A stretch of 63,320 bases of DNA, the filler included, from Platydemus manokwari (lineage: Eukaryota), in the NCBI GenBank assembly GCA_037951405.1. It is 6 parts of 6 records of this genome, joined end to end, with 100 filler letters (N's around TTAATTAATTAA, not from the genome) between each part and the next. Parts side by side here need not be neighbours in the genome. Positions count along the whole stretch, not along the records: positions 44,198 to 54,103 come from JBBMOY011190544.1; positions 54,204 to 63,320 come from JBBMOY011297095.1; 4 more parts are not named here. One strand, written 5' to 3'. A program made the translations under genes and the position numbers. The notes beneath the pieces were generated by a model. That model was not told the DNA's origin, did no database searches, and worked only from the letters and a program-made list of their open reading frames with translations. Positions 50,261 to 63,320 of the stretch are shown here, in pieces (position 1 is the first letter of the stretch; each line of letters starts with the position of its first letter).

Positions 50261-53200
50261 TAGTAAATCTTAAATATAAATAAAAATGGTCTATCGTTTG
50301 TTGAAAGGCGATTAAAAGTTGTATTTCTTTTGAAGTTAGTGGCATGATAGTTTTGTGCTGAATAACACAAATTGTGTCGATAATATAAATTTGCAACCTT
50401 CATTATTTTGATAAACCCAATAAATGTGAGAATATTCTTCTCTTTTCCTTTACATAAGTAAAATTGCTTGTAGTTGATATTTTCTTCTTTTATATGTTAG
50501 GATCCAATTACGCCTACAAACGCCCACAGATTGACTTTAACACCTACAAGAAATAAAATAACAAAAAAAATTCTAAAAATAAACATGACGTAATTCTTAA
50601 ATTAGAAACATATCCAAATATGGAATTTTAAAACATATAAGTAGAAAAAAATATAATGAGCTAAAAATAGAATTACGTGACAGAATTAGAAAAATCATGA
50701 TTGGATGAAACCATAACAAAAATGGTATATAAGAAGGTAAAATTTTAGAACAAAATACCATAAAGTTACTTGAAAAGTGAACTGCAATCTAATTCATTAA
50801 AACATAAATTGCTAGAACAGCTATCGTTTAGCCGAAATTACTCCACAGATCAACGACAACAGGAACCATCATAAACTTCCGTACAGCCGATTTGTCAGCA
50901 GATTAGGTAATCAGTATTGATCGTTATTTTCATATCGTGTAGAATGATTCGATATTAAATAAAACTCTCTTCGTTTTGCCCCTACCTTTTTTAATAGCCT
51001 TTATTCATTGTACGGTTCACGCGTATCGTGAATCTTACTCTCTGGTTAAGTAAGCCACACTTCACCAGTTCTGTGTTTACGTAATCGTATTAAGTCAACT
51101 GTGTTCATTTTATATTGTAGTTATTTGATTGATAATTATATTTTTCAGTATATTCGTGTTATCTATTATATTATTATTTATAATTAAATCGCAACCTACA
51201 TACTTCACACGAAACACAACCCTATTGTCTGGAGTCCGATCGGTACAACAGCGAACTTCTCAGCAACCAATCTCATCACACATCCACAATCACTAAAAGC
51301 AAAAACCAATATATACAAAGGTTTTAGGCTGGTGCTTCACACTGAGAATATTTTGTGCATTTTCCTTTTTTATTAATTATTTATCTATTGATCATTGTGA
51401 AATAATTATGAAGAATGTATGCTCTAAAATTTCATATCGATTTTCATATGCTAACCAATTGTTCATTTTTGTTTTCATTTTACACATCTTATTAAATGTT
51501 CTCATCGATTATTTGTTAAATTGTTTTTCATATATGTGGTTCCCGTATTTCATTTCCATATGTTTAGCTCTCATAATAAAATATTCATAAATATTTAAGC
51601 TTCGGATTTTCTCAGTTCAATTACATCTCATGTGTTTCGTTCACATAATTAAATATTTGTACTTGAGGTAATTAATAAAAAAAAATACGTAGAAAGTAAT
51701 GAGTTAGTGATTGATCACACATTAGTGATTGCTAAAATTAATAGTTCCACATATTAAGAATTCGTTCTTTAATAAAGTATTATCTCACAAAAATATCTAT
51801 TACTAACTACCTAGCTCCTTCTCAGTACTAAAGGTTATAACTTCGAATAGGATAATCTAAAAAATATAAATGAATACAATAGTAGAGAATAAGTTATATT
51901 GATAATCAAATAAAATTATATGACGCGGAAATAAAATCGATTTTGTAACTTTTGTACAGCGACTTAAACTTAAAGAAGTTAGCTATCATTCAAGTCACAT
52001 ACTGTACAAGAACTCAGCCTTTGCAGCTAGGGAGATAATACTTTAATTAATTAAAGCTTAAAAGAATTCCACAAAACCCTTTGCAATGCCTTAGGGAAAA
52101 TTGATTTTAACATCATAAAATTAACTTGCTAGCACAATTATTGAAATAATTGATCAAATAATAATATGAAATAATTTGAGAGATAATGGACGAATTCTTT
52201 AATGAAACAAATTTTCAATAACAATGCCGGCTCAAATTAAATATGCTCGAAGTGCAATCAATGTTCCATAAATGAATGGCAAAAATAAATTAAAATGTGC
52301 AAAACTTTTAATTGACATGACTGCAATGTAACTAAAATATCATTAGCATTTAATGATTTTTATCAGTCGCAAATTTGTGCCTTGGTTATCTTTGTTTTAA
52401 TTTTGTAGTCTTCGTTAGTTGAGCCGTGGTTCTTTATTAGCGGTATGATTTGCCGAAGTTTTGTTTCTGTGAACAAACATGATTTTGTTTTTCAATTTTT
52501 AATATTATTTTCTTTGTCTATTTTCAGAAATTCATTTAATTTATTTAAATTTTTAGTTCTTTATTTTATTCCTTTTATTATTTTTGAGTGTATTTCACAG
52601 AACTTATTAAATTATCAATAATTACTTAACTTGGTAAACTCCTATTAAATGTTTATGTACATATTTATTTTTCAAATATACATTTGCTCAAATTTGTAGA
52701 ATTTATAATAATAATAGCATACAAAAGGAAAACAAATTAACATAAGATCGAAATCCAATCGAACAATGTATCAAATAATTCACTATATAATGGAATGATC
52801 AAATCTTACCAACTCCAATTAAAATCGAGTTTAGTCAATTTTCAAATTTCAGTTTTATTCAATAACAAAATATTTAGTGACTAGTATTGTATAATTAAAA
52901 AACCAATTAATTATAAACCAATTGACATCAACAGTATAGTGTCAGAAGTCATCATCTTTAGCAAAAAATTTCCTATCTTTTCAAATTTCACCAAAAAATG
53001 ACCTCCATTAAACTAAATCACAACATATTTAAAAGATAATATTTTATCACCCTTATGGCTGATTTATTAATCAATACTGTTCCAAATATATTTTAGCAGA
53101 ATGTAAACTTTATTCCGATTTAAGTGTCATTGACATGCAATAATGAAATTTTCACATTCAATCGATTTTTTGAAATAGTTATCAACCTTATTCAATAAAC

Positions 53201-53373
53201 ACAAACATGAATCCGATAATCTTTATAATTAAATGGAAAATTTAATAAAATCAATCTGATATAGGATTAACCACAGTTTGACCTAAATACATCGACCTAA
53301 CTAAATAAATTTGCGAAAATGTAAAACACAAAACAAGGTATGTACGCTATTCGTAAGATAAATCAGGGATAAA

Positions 53374-53773
53374 CTAGTCTTCGAATTTAGCGATTGTAGG
53401 AACAGAAAGAATGGGCATGATACCACCCTTCTCATCAGCATCACCTTCAATTTGAATAACTCGCATTGTATTGGTGGATCCTGATCCTGCTTTCCAGCCA
53501 GTCACAACTATGACGAAGTCACCGTTCTTAGCAAATCCACGCTTCTTGGCATAGGTAAAGGCCCAATTAATTCTAGTATCCATATCTTCTGTCCATTCGT
53601 CGATTCTTTTGGCTGGGAAAATTTATAATATTTGCACAACAGATAAATTATAACCCGAATAGAGCATTGGATGCACACCACGCCATAGATGAGCTTGTCT
53701 AGCAGTAATGGGATGACGTGTAACTGTAAGAATAGGGCATCGTGGTCGATATCGAGATATCAAGTATGCAGAT
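53374..53773 (-). CDS. PK: Pyruvate kinase, last two exons only
   Basis: [35 protein letters not shown]..|..[37 protein letters not shown] is the conserved PK C-domain. Confidence 0.93.
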
Positions 53774-54103
53774 CTAAAGAATAAAAAGATTTCTGAAATT
53801 ATCATTGGAATAGATTGCAGGAAAAAGAATATAAATAAGATTTTTTACAAAAATAATATGGAAGGATTAATGAAAAAATAAGAAATTTAAAAAATCCGAG
53901 AGCAAATAACACCTTAATTACAGATCGTCATTGGCATGATGATAAGAGATCATAAAATGTTATTAACATATTATTCAAAGATTATTTTAATATTGGGTCT
54001 ATAACTTAATAACCGGAATTTGACATCAGATGTAAACACTTGTGTGTGTGCTGTAGCAAATCATTAACATACACGTCATTTTGAAGCTCTATTCATAAGC
54101 TAT

Positions 54104-54203
54104 NNNNNNNNNNNNNNNNNNNNNNNNNNNNNNNNNNNNNNNNNNNNTTAATTAATTAANNNNNNNNNNNNNNNNNNNNNNNNNNNNNNNNNNNNNNNNN
54201 NNN
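54104..54203. other. Assembly gap spacer
   Basis: N44-TTAATTAATTAA-N44. Confidence 0.98.
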
Positions 54204-55450
54204 GTGAGGATCCCAACAAACAGTTCAAATGTTCTGAGTTTCTGCTATGGAAGCAGAATTGAATTTGTAAGCATTTCCATCGTAGTTTTCAAATTGTTAA
54301 ATAGATTTTCTGAAGAATTGTGTAACTTCAGTGAAAAGTTCGCACAGAAATACCGATAACAATTGTCCATAGTGATCATTGGAATTGGTTTATTGTTCAC
54401 TTCTAAGTTATCTAGCATAGAGCCTTCTCTTTCATTGTATAGGTATCCGCATTTAGAAGGTTTGAACTTGGGTCCGAATAAGGTCGCCAGTTCGGAAGCC
54501 GCGTTAATCATTGACGTCACTATTGGCGTCCCTGCCGATCAGCGCAAGGTCATCAACATATGCAAGGCAAGAGATTTTATTATTAGCCAATAATAATCCA
54601 CCCAATCAGTTTTGATCCATCTTTACAATAAATGGGTTCATTGAAATGTTGAATAACAACCTTGATATTGAACAACATTGACGAACCTCAAGTTTCATTT
54701 CTATCAAATACGTCTCAATCTCCATACTTGAACGTAGTCCAGCAGACCATTTCTATAGTATTTTCATCCAGGCCTATATATTCCAATATCTCCGTGATTG
54801 CTGTGATGTTTATCGAATAAAGGTCTCCTCAATGCCCATGATGTGAATGTCATTTCTTCCTTTTCTTGAGTAGTTTTCTAACAGAGCTCGAAGAATAAAG
54901 TTGTGCTCCGCGCACCCATCAGTTGGTCCCAGACTCTTTTGCAATGGATGAATTAGGTGGATCTCATCGATCCAACTCCGAAGTTGTTGGCCTAGGATTG
55001 TTGTTAGTATTTTGTAACAACAATCGAGGAGAGTGATCGGTCTCCATGATTCAACTCTGTCATATTCACATTCCTTCATCGGTTTGGGGATCATAATCGT
55101 AGAATTTGTTTTTCATTCGTTAGGAATTTCTTTTAGCTCCATGCACTTGTCAAATAGTACTTTCAATAATTCACAGTTTGGGTCATATTCTTGTATCCGA
55201 TATTGTTCCTTCCCGGAGCTGTTGAATCTTTTTGACGTAAAGTTTTATATATTGTTTCAATTTCGATAGTTTGAAAAGAGAATTTAGCGCCTCTCTTCGC
55301 TTACCTTTTTAGTTCACATAATTCATTGCATTGTATCAGAGAAGGTCTAATACATTCTGGTAATTTCATTGGATCGACTTGTTTGCTTCTGTAATATATT
55401 TTGAAGTCTTCCTTTTTTGGTCAAATATTTGCATAAGTAGATTTGGTAAT
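54204..55450 (-). mobile_element. Decayed R2/NeSL-group non-LTR retrotransposon RT domain
   Basis: TAPG, IPKP..WRPITLLDCCYKIL, QKSL..GCAEH, LAYVDDLALI, FKPSKCG and YRYF, with frameshifts. Confidence 0.9.
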
Positions 55451-56813
55451 TAATATTTTACAGAAAATAGATTATCTGAGTGTCTCCTGGGACTGGGAGC
55501 ATAATTAAGCCCGTCATCTCGCTGAGCATACTCTTTTTAAGTCCTTGATAAGAATATAAAATAAGGTTGATCATTATATCGTTTAATTTTAATGTAGTAG
55601 AATTACGTAATCCCAGTGGCTTGAAATATTTCAAAATTTCACGAAAGAAATAATGACTAAAGGAGCACTTTCATTTTGAGAATCAGTGAGTTACTTCTTA
55701 AACATCGATTTTGTTCAAACTCCAACAATACCAATAAAAGTATTCATTGAAAAATTTACAGAATAAATAAAAAATAAAATGGAATAAGTTTTACGAATAT
55801 AAGAATTGAGATGAACGAATATGACTACATAATACATACAACTAGATGAGCTGATAGTCAAGGAAAGAGATATTAGTATAAATATGCGATACTATAAGAG
55901 AAGTAATTTAAGGTTGATATCAAACAAATAATAATGAAACCAGCAACAATAAAATAAAAAAATAATAAGTTAATACATATTCAGGTGTCTACAAAAATTA
56001 ACCGAATATGATCCCAATGATAAAGATGAGTTAACAGTACCTGAGTTATAAAGGAATTGAAATAACTAGCATAACCACAATTTTAGGGTATAATGTATAT
56101 AAACGATGTTGTATGGTAGATCACTGTCAATGGAAGTCAAATGTTCATCTATATAAAGATATATAATAAAATATTAAGTGTTGAATCGTTCAATGCTAAC
56201 AGTAACCGGTGTAATGAGATTCATAGAAACAACAAATAAACGTTTCAAGAGTAGTTCAAATGAAATCTGATTTGATTGATTCTTCAAAAATGAACGTAAA
56301 ATCATGATTGAGAGATTTGTATTGGAGATACCGCTAATAATTCCAATCACTAATTATAACAAGAACTATAAGAGAAAAACATATTCAATTCCATCCTTAT
56401 TTTAAAGAACATCTTTCATCGTAGATTCCTGATCTCTTTCGGTTTGGACATTTAACCGTTTACAACTTACGCCACAAAGATAAAGAAACTTGGTGTGAAA
56501 TTTTTATTAAGCGGATAGAACAGTGTTGCCAAACAAAAATGAACATTTGAGGTTTGATTCGAAACGTCACCGTGGCTAAGATTTCATACTTGACCGAAAA
56601 CGTTGAACTGAGGTTCTAGATATTTTTTTTTAATAAAATGTAAACTTGACCACTTGGTAACAATATCACGCAATACCATGGCAACGGCAACAAATCGAAA
56701 TTATAACAACATTACAATCAACCAATCACAATTGTTATGAATATTAGAAATGAAAATGAAAAAACTAGAATCGATTCAATCAATAATAAATCTGACTACA
56801 GTGGTGGGAGTCT

Positions 56814-58244
56814 TTAATCAATGGATTGCTGTTGATAAAATATAAATGACGTTTTGGGGCAAGATTTTCTCTCCTCATCAATGGCTGGCAATGTCGACTT
56901 ATCTATATCATGGAACCATTCATGAAGTAAGGCATCGCGAATACTGATTCGATAAGCAGGATAATAAATGAGCATTTTCTATTAATGAAAATATCAATTA
57001 TATTACTGATTTCAGGGTATGTTACTGACAATTTATCAGTAGTAGATTATAAATTATAAATAGATTATACTGATAAATTTCAAATAGGCTTCATTATTAA
57101 CAATTTATTAGTAATATTTCAGAATATTACTGATAATTTATCAGCATACTACAAAAATATCAGTGAAAAGTTGTCCGTAAACCTTTGGACAAATCAGGGA
57201 TAAATAATAAGTATTTCTTGTATTTAGTTTAATCGAATATTTTTTAATTATTTTAAAACTACCTCCAAAAGATCCAAACACTGATCATCAACACAATCCT
57301 TCAAATAAGTACCAAGATTATAATGCCACACCGGGAAGGCAGGATTCCAGCCGGATAAGCTATCTAGATTTGGCCAAATTTCATTGTTGAGAGTGCCAAG
57401 AATTTTAAAAATAGAAAATAATTGATCGATTTCAGAATCCCCTTCAAACAGTGGCACACCGGCAGTCATTTCTACAATGATACAAGCCACTGCCCAAACA
57501 TCGATTGCACAGGAATATCGCTTCATATTTAAGAGAATCTCAGGTGCACGATACCACAATGTGACGACCTGTATTAAAAATAATTTATTTGAGCTGTATA
57601 TTTTAAGATGTTCAACCGTTTTAATGCATTCAAAAGTTCAAAAATAAAAACCTCATGTGTAAACTGTTTCACAGGTGCATTATATTTTCTGGCCAAACCG
57701 AAATCTGCAATCTTAATAATGGTATTTTTCGTATCAATCAAAAGATTCTGCGGTTTCAAATCTCTGTGAATGTATCCTCTCGTATGACAGAATAGCAGGC
57801 CTTGCATAATTTGATATGAAAATCGTTTCACTAAACTAGGCTCTAGTGCGTCACCATTTTCTTTCATGTATTTATAGAGATCAGTATCCAAATATTCGAA
57901 CACCATGAAAACTTTACCCTTATCGGTAAAAGTCTGGTACATTCTGGTAAATTATAAATTCACCGCTACCTCAAAGTAGTCTTACCGAACAATATTTATA
58001 TGTTGAAGCTCCTTGAGAGTTGATATTTCACGCAAAGTAGTTGGAGCTATGCCATCAATTTCATTGCAACATTTAATTTCTTTCAGTGCAGCTAACTCGT
58101 TTGTTACCAAATTTATTGTTTTGTATACCATACCGTAAGTACCTTTCAACAAAAATAAAGAAAAAGTTGCATTATTCATAGATCAAAATATTTACCTTCA
58201 CCAATTTTCTCTATGATCTCAAAATTCTTTAATTCGTAACGCAT
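56814..58244 (-). CDS. Cyclin-dependent kinase, CDK1/CDK2-like with a variant PTTLRE helix, 5 exons
   Basis: IEKIGEG|[57 protein letters not shown]|[22 protein letters not shown], last exon [22 protein letters not shown] at 58244, TAA at 56814-56816. Confidence 0.93.
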
Positions 58245-59089
58245 TCTTTAAATTTAACCTTGTACAATGTGAATATTTAAACAACAGTAAAATTTGTAAT
58301 AGAATTTACATATGGCAATGAAATACTTTTTTAAAAACAGATTTGTAGTAAAAATTAAAAACTCAAATTAAAAAATAATGATATCTAACATCTAGTTTAT
58401 ATTTGTTAAAGAACTAAATTATTCAAATTGCGTAATGAAAATTTTATTTGATTGAAAAGTTATATTTAACAAATAATTTATCATAAATTCAAAATATTGA
58501 AATAAAATTTAATGTATTTCGAGATATTTTATTATTATTAATAAATTATAAAATAAATAATGTATAAAAATTGGTTAAATTTAATATCACTTATTTTTAA
58601 CGCAAAACAGACTTTATTATATATAATTTATTTTTAAATAAAAAATTCAGTATCACATTATTTAAAATAGTAAATCGAAACAATGAAGTAAAATTAGGAG
58701 GCACTACAGAAAATTGGATTTAACACAAAAATATTATCAATAGTTTTTCCAAATAAATTCAAAAACAATGGGAAAATAATCATAGTATATAAATAAATCA
58801 AAAGCAATACCGTGATGCTAAATTTAGTAACTGACTTATTAATTATTTGAAACTTGACATGCATAAAAAAGGTATGTGACAATGGAAAATAATGTATAAT
58901 CAACCACGCACATTTACGAATGATTTATCTTGATAAACACTGATTGAAATATATGCGGTTCCTTTCAATTTATTTTATAATTAATTTTAAGTGAAGATTA
59001 TCACCGAAATTCAAATAATGTACCGCTATCAAGCAATGTTTCTCTATAATTGAATCAGGAAAATATTGACGATGTTGAATAAAAAATAA

Positions 59090-60250
59090 CCAATATTTAT
59101 TTTATAAACATTGAATTATTGACATAACATGAACAAAGTGTGACACCTTCACCACTAAATGGCAGGACTTTTATGACAGCTTCTACGTTAATTCATCACC
59201 ACCCAAGTTTGTCAAAAATTTCTTCATCCACCAACCAAGCCGACTCATTGTATTGGTGTTTGCTTCCAATTACATTGATCGAACTATAAGATGTTTTGTC
59301 TTGATGGAACTTCCATAGAACGTATGCGGTTTGAATATTCGGTCTGATGCATTCGTTCACTAGTGTCTCGACCAAGTCTCTTTTGAAAACTAGTTTATTC
59401 AGGATTATATTGTTGTTTGGTGCCCAGTCTCCAAGGATTCCAACCACAAAAGTAAATAACTCAACAGTCCATTCCGGTCTCGTTTTTCATATCTTTCCTT
59501 AGAAAATTGATGTCAGCCGCATTGGCTAATAGTCATGGCTTATCCATAAAACTTACATCTTCCAGAAAGATTGAACTAGTCAGATAATTAACTATTTGTA
59601 AATCTATCAAAAGTTTTGATCCTGTGAACTGGCAGGCTTTCTCGACATGAAAGACAGTGTTGGTGTAGCAGTTGATGAATCTCGTCAGTATGGTCATGAA
59701 AAAAAATTAATTGTTATTTAACATAAATAAAGATTCAGTCCTTGTCAATTTTGTTCGGATATTCTCATTAACGACTTTGTGGTTATGCTCCGAACAGTAT
59801 TATGTTGATCTTTGAGCATGGCCAGTTCATGGATTGTTGATTGAATGATGTATTCGGCCGCAATGCTCAGGAAACCACATCTTTTGTTTGATCTGGTGGC
59901 ATACAGTTAGTTTATCAAACAGAATTTGGAGACACAAAGTATCTTCTTTAGAATTTTTCTCTTCTGATTACCTATTTTCTCCAATTTTGTATACTTTATG
60001 CAATAGTTTCTAACAAGGACGATTCCTTAACTATGAATAAAAGTATTATAGTCATCTAGTTTCTGCCATGGAAGTAAGATGGACTCTGCTAGTTTTTTGG
60101 TTGTGTTTTGTAGCTCAATTCCCAGATTTATTACCAAGTTGTGGAATTTGAGAGAGACGTTGATTCCGAGGTATCTATAATGGTCTCCGGTGAGCCAAAA
60201 AACAATTGTTAAGCACTGATTGGCGTCTAAAAGGAGTTAAAGTAGTTGAT
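59090..60250 (-). mobile_element. Decayed R2/NeSL-group retrotransposon 3' part (RT thumb plus RLE)
   Basis: HYRYLGIN near 60170; TVELFTFVVGILGDW..ECIRPNI..LW C-terminus; similar in type to 3435-3760. Confidence 0.8.
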
Positions 60251-61097
60251 ATTTGGTAGTTGATAATTGTCCAATTCAAGCATGGTTAATTGGAAAGGCT
60301 TTTTCACTGATTGAGTCTCAATTATTTGTGTTTTCATTTACTTTCGCTTTTTACGTTCTAATTCTTCATTTGTTTGCATCTAGTTTTCTGTCATTTCTTC
60401 TTGCTGTTGATGTAATAAATTCACCATCTCTTCAAGCCTGGCTTGTATTGAGGATTCGTAGTTAACCACAGGTAATTCATCTAAATCTAACTTATTAGCT
60501 GGATAATCGATTTGGTCCTGTTCATGCAATTCATCGTTTGGTCTGGATTGAGTAACAATTAATGTTTCCACTTTTTCATTATTCGATTTTTCGATTGGAG
60601 ACTTCTGATAATCACTATTTGTAAATTTGATGCATGTCTTTAGTTATGAATTTTATATCTCAAAGCTAAACTAACATGAAAACTAGTACAACACAAGTAA
60701 ACAGTCATTTATATTACATCGAAACCGATAGAATTGTTTACATAAAGTTTTGAAGATCATTTGAAATAAGTTTTGATTATTAAAAATAGTCTGGTGTCGA
60801 AAATATCCAGAAATAAAGAAATCGATGTCATGAATGGATGCTATTAATAGTATCTATGAATCAGTCAAATGACTGGATATAGCTCAACAGCTGTAATTTA
60901 ATTTATTTCTCGTATAAGTTCTTTCAATTTATCACACCTCGTTATGGTTATCTTGACTATTTTATAATATTTTTATTAACTGGAATATTTTCGAAAAAAC
61001 TTCACTCTTTTGAATTGTGAACTAAAATCAATATCTGAATTATTCAATACGAATTTTATATCAATTGTTAGGACTGTTCTCATTTCAAACAGTTGTC

Positions 61098-61648
61098 TCA
61101 GAATTTTCCAAGCTCAATTTTTGCATCGTACAATCTGTCTATTTTGTCTTGTAAGTTCTTTCGTTCCTCGACTATTTTCATATTTTCCGTCACTTTCTTT
61201 TGAATTCCATCACTGATCGAATATTCCATCAATTTCTTATCAATGATATCATCAAAATCGATGTGTAGACATTGACGGATAGCCATAGGAACACGGTCAG
61301 ATAAGCGATCATGAACGATCTTCACTGAAAATATTGAAAAAGTGATACTTAGTTTTAAAATGAAACCTTCAGGTAGCTTGTCATTATGTAAAAAATTTGA
61401 TAGGGAGTGGTTTTCTGATCTGACATAAAATAGAAACAAAGATGAAATATAAAACGACTCACTATGACCACTTGTAGCTAAATTATCTAAATAATAATAA
61501 TAATAAATAATAATACTTTAGCAAACCAACTCATTTCTCTTGCCATGGCCTCGTCTGTAGCATATACTAATTTTTCTTCCTCGAAAATAATATTAATTCG
61601 ATCCAATGCTTTACTATTGGATATATTTAATTCAAGAATAACTAATTT
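61098..61648 (-). CDS. Mx/dynamin-related GTPase, stalk and GED exons (61648-61531, 61419-61367, 61319-61098); upstream part decayed or absent
   Basis: In-phase splicing gives ..INIIFEEEKLVYATDE..|..YQIFYIMTSYLK|IVHDRLSDRVPMAIR...EERKNLQDKIDRLYDAKIELGKF*. This parallels the Mx C-terminus (FQMEQIVYCQD; EIFQHLMAY; RISSHIPLII; RKFLKERLARL..A...LAQF). Confidence 0.78.
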
Positions 61649-62499
61649 CTGAAGGCAGAATCTCGATCAAATGAGAATACATCATTAAATATGTTAACAA
61701 AAATAGTTGAATTAGATTTCCTACCTGATTGATGTGGTATTCTGATAAATTCAGTGTATTACAGTGTATGTGAAATTAGTATTGGTAATTTGACCAATTA
61801 AATTATCATAATGATGAAGAAGCATTCTATTAAATATTCTATATAATATTTATATACAATTTTAAAAGATCACCAATCCGCTAATACTTATGCGTTTATT
61901 TAGTTATGAAAAGTACTACTGGAAAAGAATATAAACAATTATATGAATCGATACTTTCACGATTTCCTTAATGATGACTGCGGGTAGCATCTTGTATCTA
62001 AATTTGAAGTGGAAAATTATTTTTAGTCTAAAAGCTTTTTCAAGCGGGAAAAACTTTTAAATAATCAATAGATTGAATAAATAAAATATAGATTTCTTCG
62101 GACATTAGTTAATTTTTAATATTCTTGTTAAGGATAACCCATCGATTATTCCAATTCTAAAACCTTCGAAATTCAATAATCCACAATAACTCCACAATTA
62201 AATGTCATATCACCTATCTACTCTTCTAATTCAAATCATATACAACCCAAATATAGGCTAGTACTTGATCGGTTTCATTAAATTTTAAAATCAGTATTAC
62301 TTTAAGGCTAAAAGTCTATCAAGCACGTATATTGTTCATCAAAGAACTAAAACTCACGAAGTCTTCGCACAACTTCTTCAGAACAAAACAGTAATAGAGT
62401 GATAATGAGCTCGTAGAAAAATGCAATTAAAAATTAATCTCGATAGTAATTTAACTGCTTAGTGAATTCGTGAAGTGAAACTACTTAATTTACAAAAAA

Positions 62500-63000
62500 A
62501 TGTCTGTGAGTCAATTGTCTGTGGATATGCACAGAAGAAAACTTTTAATGATAGGAACATTACCATAAATGTGGGCGAACTTAGTAATATTGCAAAAAAA
62601 AACACCAGCTAAGCCAGGATATGCGGCTGTCGACAGAAATTGGGTGATAATGGACGATCTGAACATACCGAAGGACTGCGTGCTACCGAAGAGGAAACCT
62701 ATGATTGGTGGAGCACATGGCTTAGATACTATGTACAAAGACGACCATATTTATTTCAAAGAAGTATTCGTTTGCAAAGTTGGGCACATTGAAGATATGT
62801 AAAACGAAGTGCCCTGAGAACTGCATACAAGCCAGCTTTCTGAACCATTGGATTAAGAGTGAACTTCTAGGACACTGAAGTAGAACACATATTCAAGGTA
62901 CTGACTAAAAAAATTTGAGGCTCCAGGAAGAAAAAAGTCGAATACAAGAATATGGTCTATACTAACTCCACAACATTTATATGTGGAGGATATACCACCA
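62500..63000 (+). mobile_element. Possible decayed LTR-retrotransposon gag (two Zn-knuckle remnants)
   Basis: KCG..SNIAK (frameshifted, ~62565) and FVCKVGHI (~62770) resemble CX2CX4HX4C knuckles. Confidence 0.3.
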
Positions 63001-63320
63001 AAGAGAAGGGTAAGGCAAGGCTGTTTTATATATATGCTGCTTTTTAACATTTAAATTAACCGTTTGTTAGTACTGTTGGGAACCAAAATATAATAATAAC
63101 CAAAATATAATAATAATATGTGCAATAATAGTATTAATTAATCGCCCACATATGCTGCCCATACATTGCCGGAAAAATGAATACAATAATAAAAAAAAAT
63201 AATAATAATTATTCACATCACCATAGTGAATGAATGGGCCACCATGGTAACATTTAAATTTTAAATAAATTGACAATATAACGATAAATAAATCATCAAC
63301 TTCCACGAACGCCCACAGGG

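Overview
This is a very AT-rich eukaryotic (metazoan, probably flatworm-like) genomic scaffold. It is built from six contigs joined by artificial 100-nt N44-TTAATTAATTAA-N44 spacers. Genes have very short GT-AG introns (about 30-55 nt), so the ORF track fragments most of them. Supported genes: an intronless class A peptide-type GPCR, the 3' half of a choline/ethanolamine phosphotransferase (CEPT1/CHPT1 family), a novel secreted His-rich protein, a calmodulin-like EF-hand protein, a large ankyrin-repeat locus ending in a RING finger, COQ10, PPIE/Cyp33, the 3' end of pyruvate kinase, a divergent CDK1/2-like kinase (PTTLRE) and the C-terminal stalk/GED exons of an Mx-like dynamin GTPase. Intergenic DNA is full of decayed mobile elements: three R2/NeSL-type RT-RLE retrotransposon relics, a CR1-like LINE tail, Gypsy relics and a solo-LTR-like repeat family. 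The window opens with a TTAGGG/TTGGGG array oriented opposite to a true left telomere. I found no convincing multi-gene novel system. The best novelty candidates are the His-rich secreted protein, the ANK-RING locus, the Mx-like gene and the inward-pointing telomeric array. All assignments come from manual reading and motif recognition, with no database searches.
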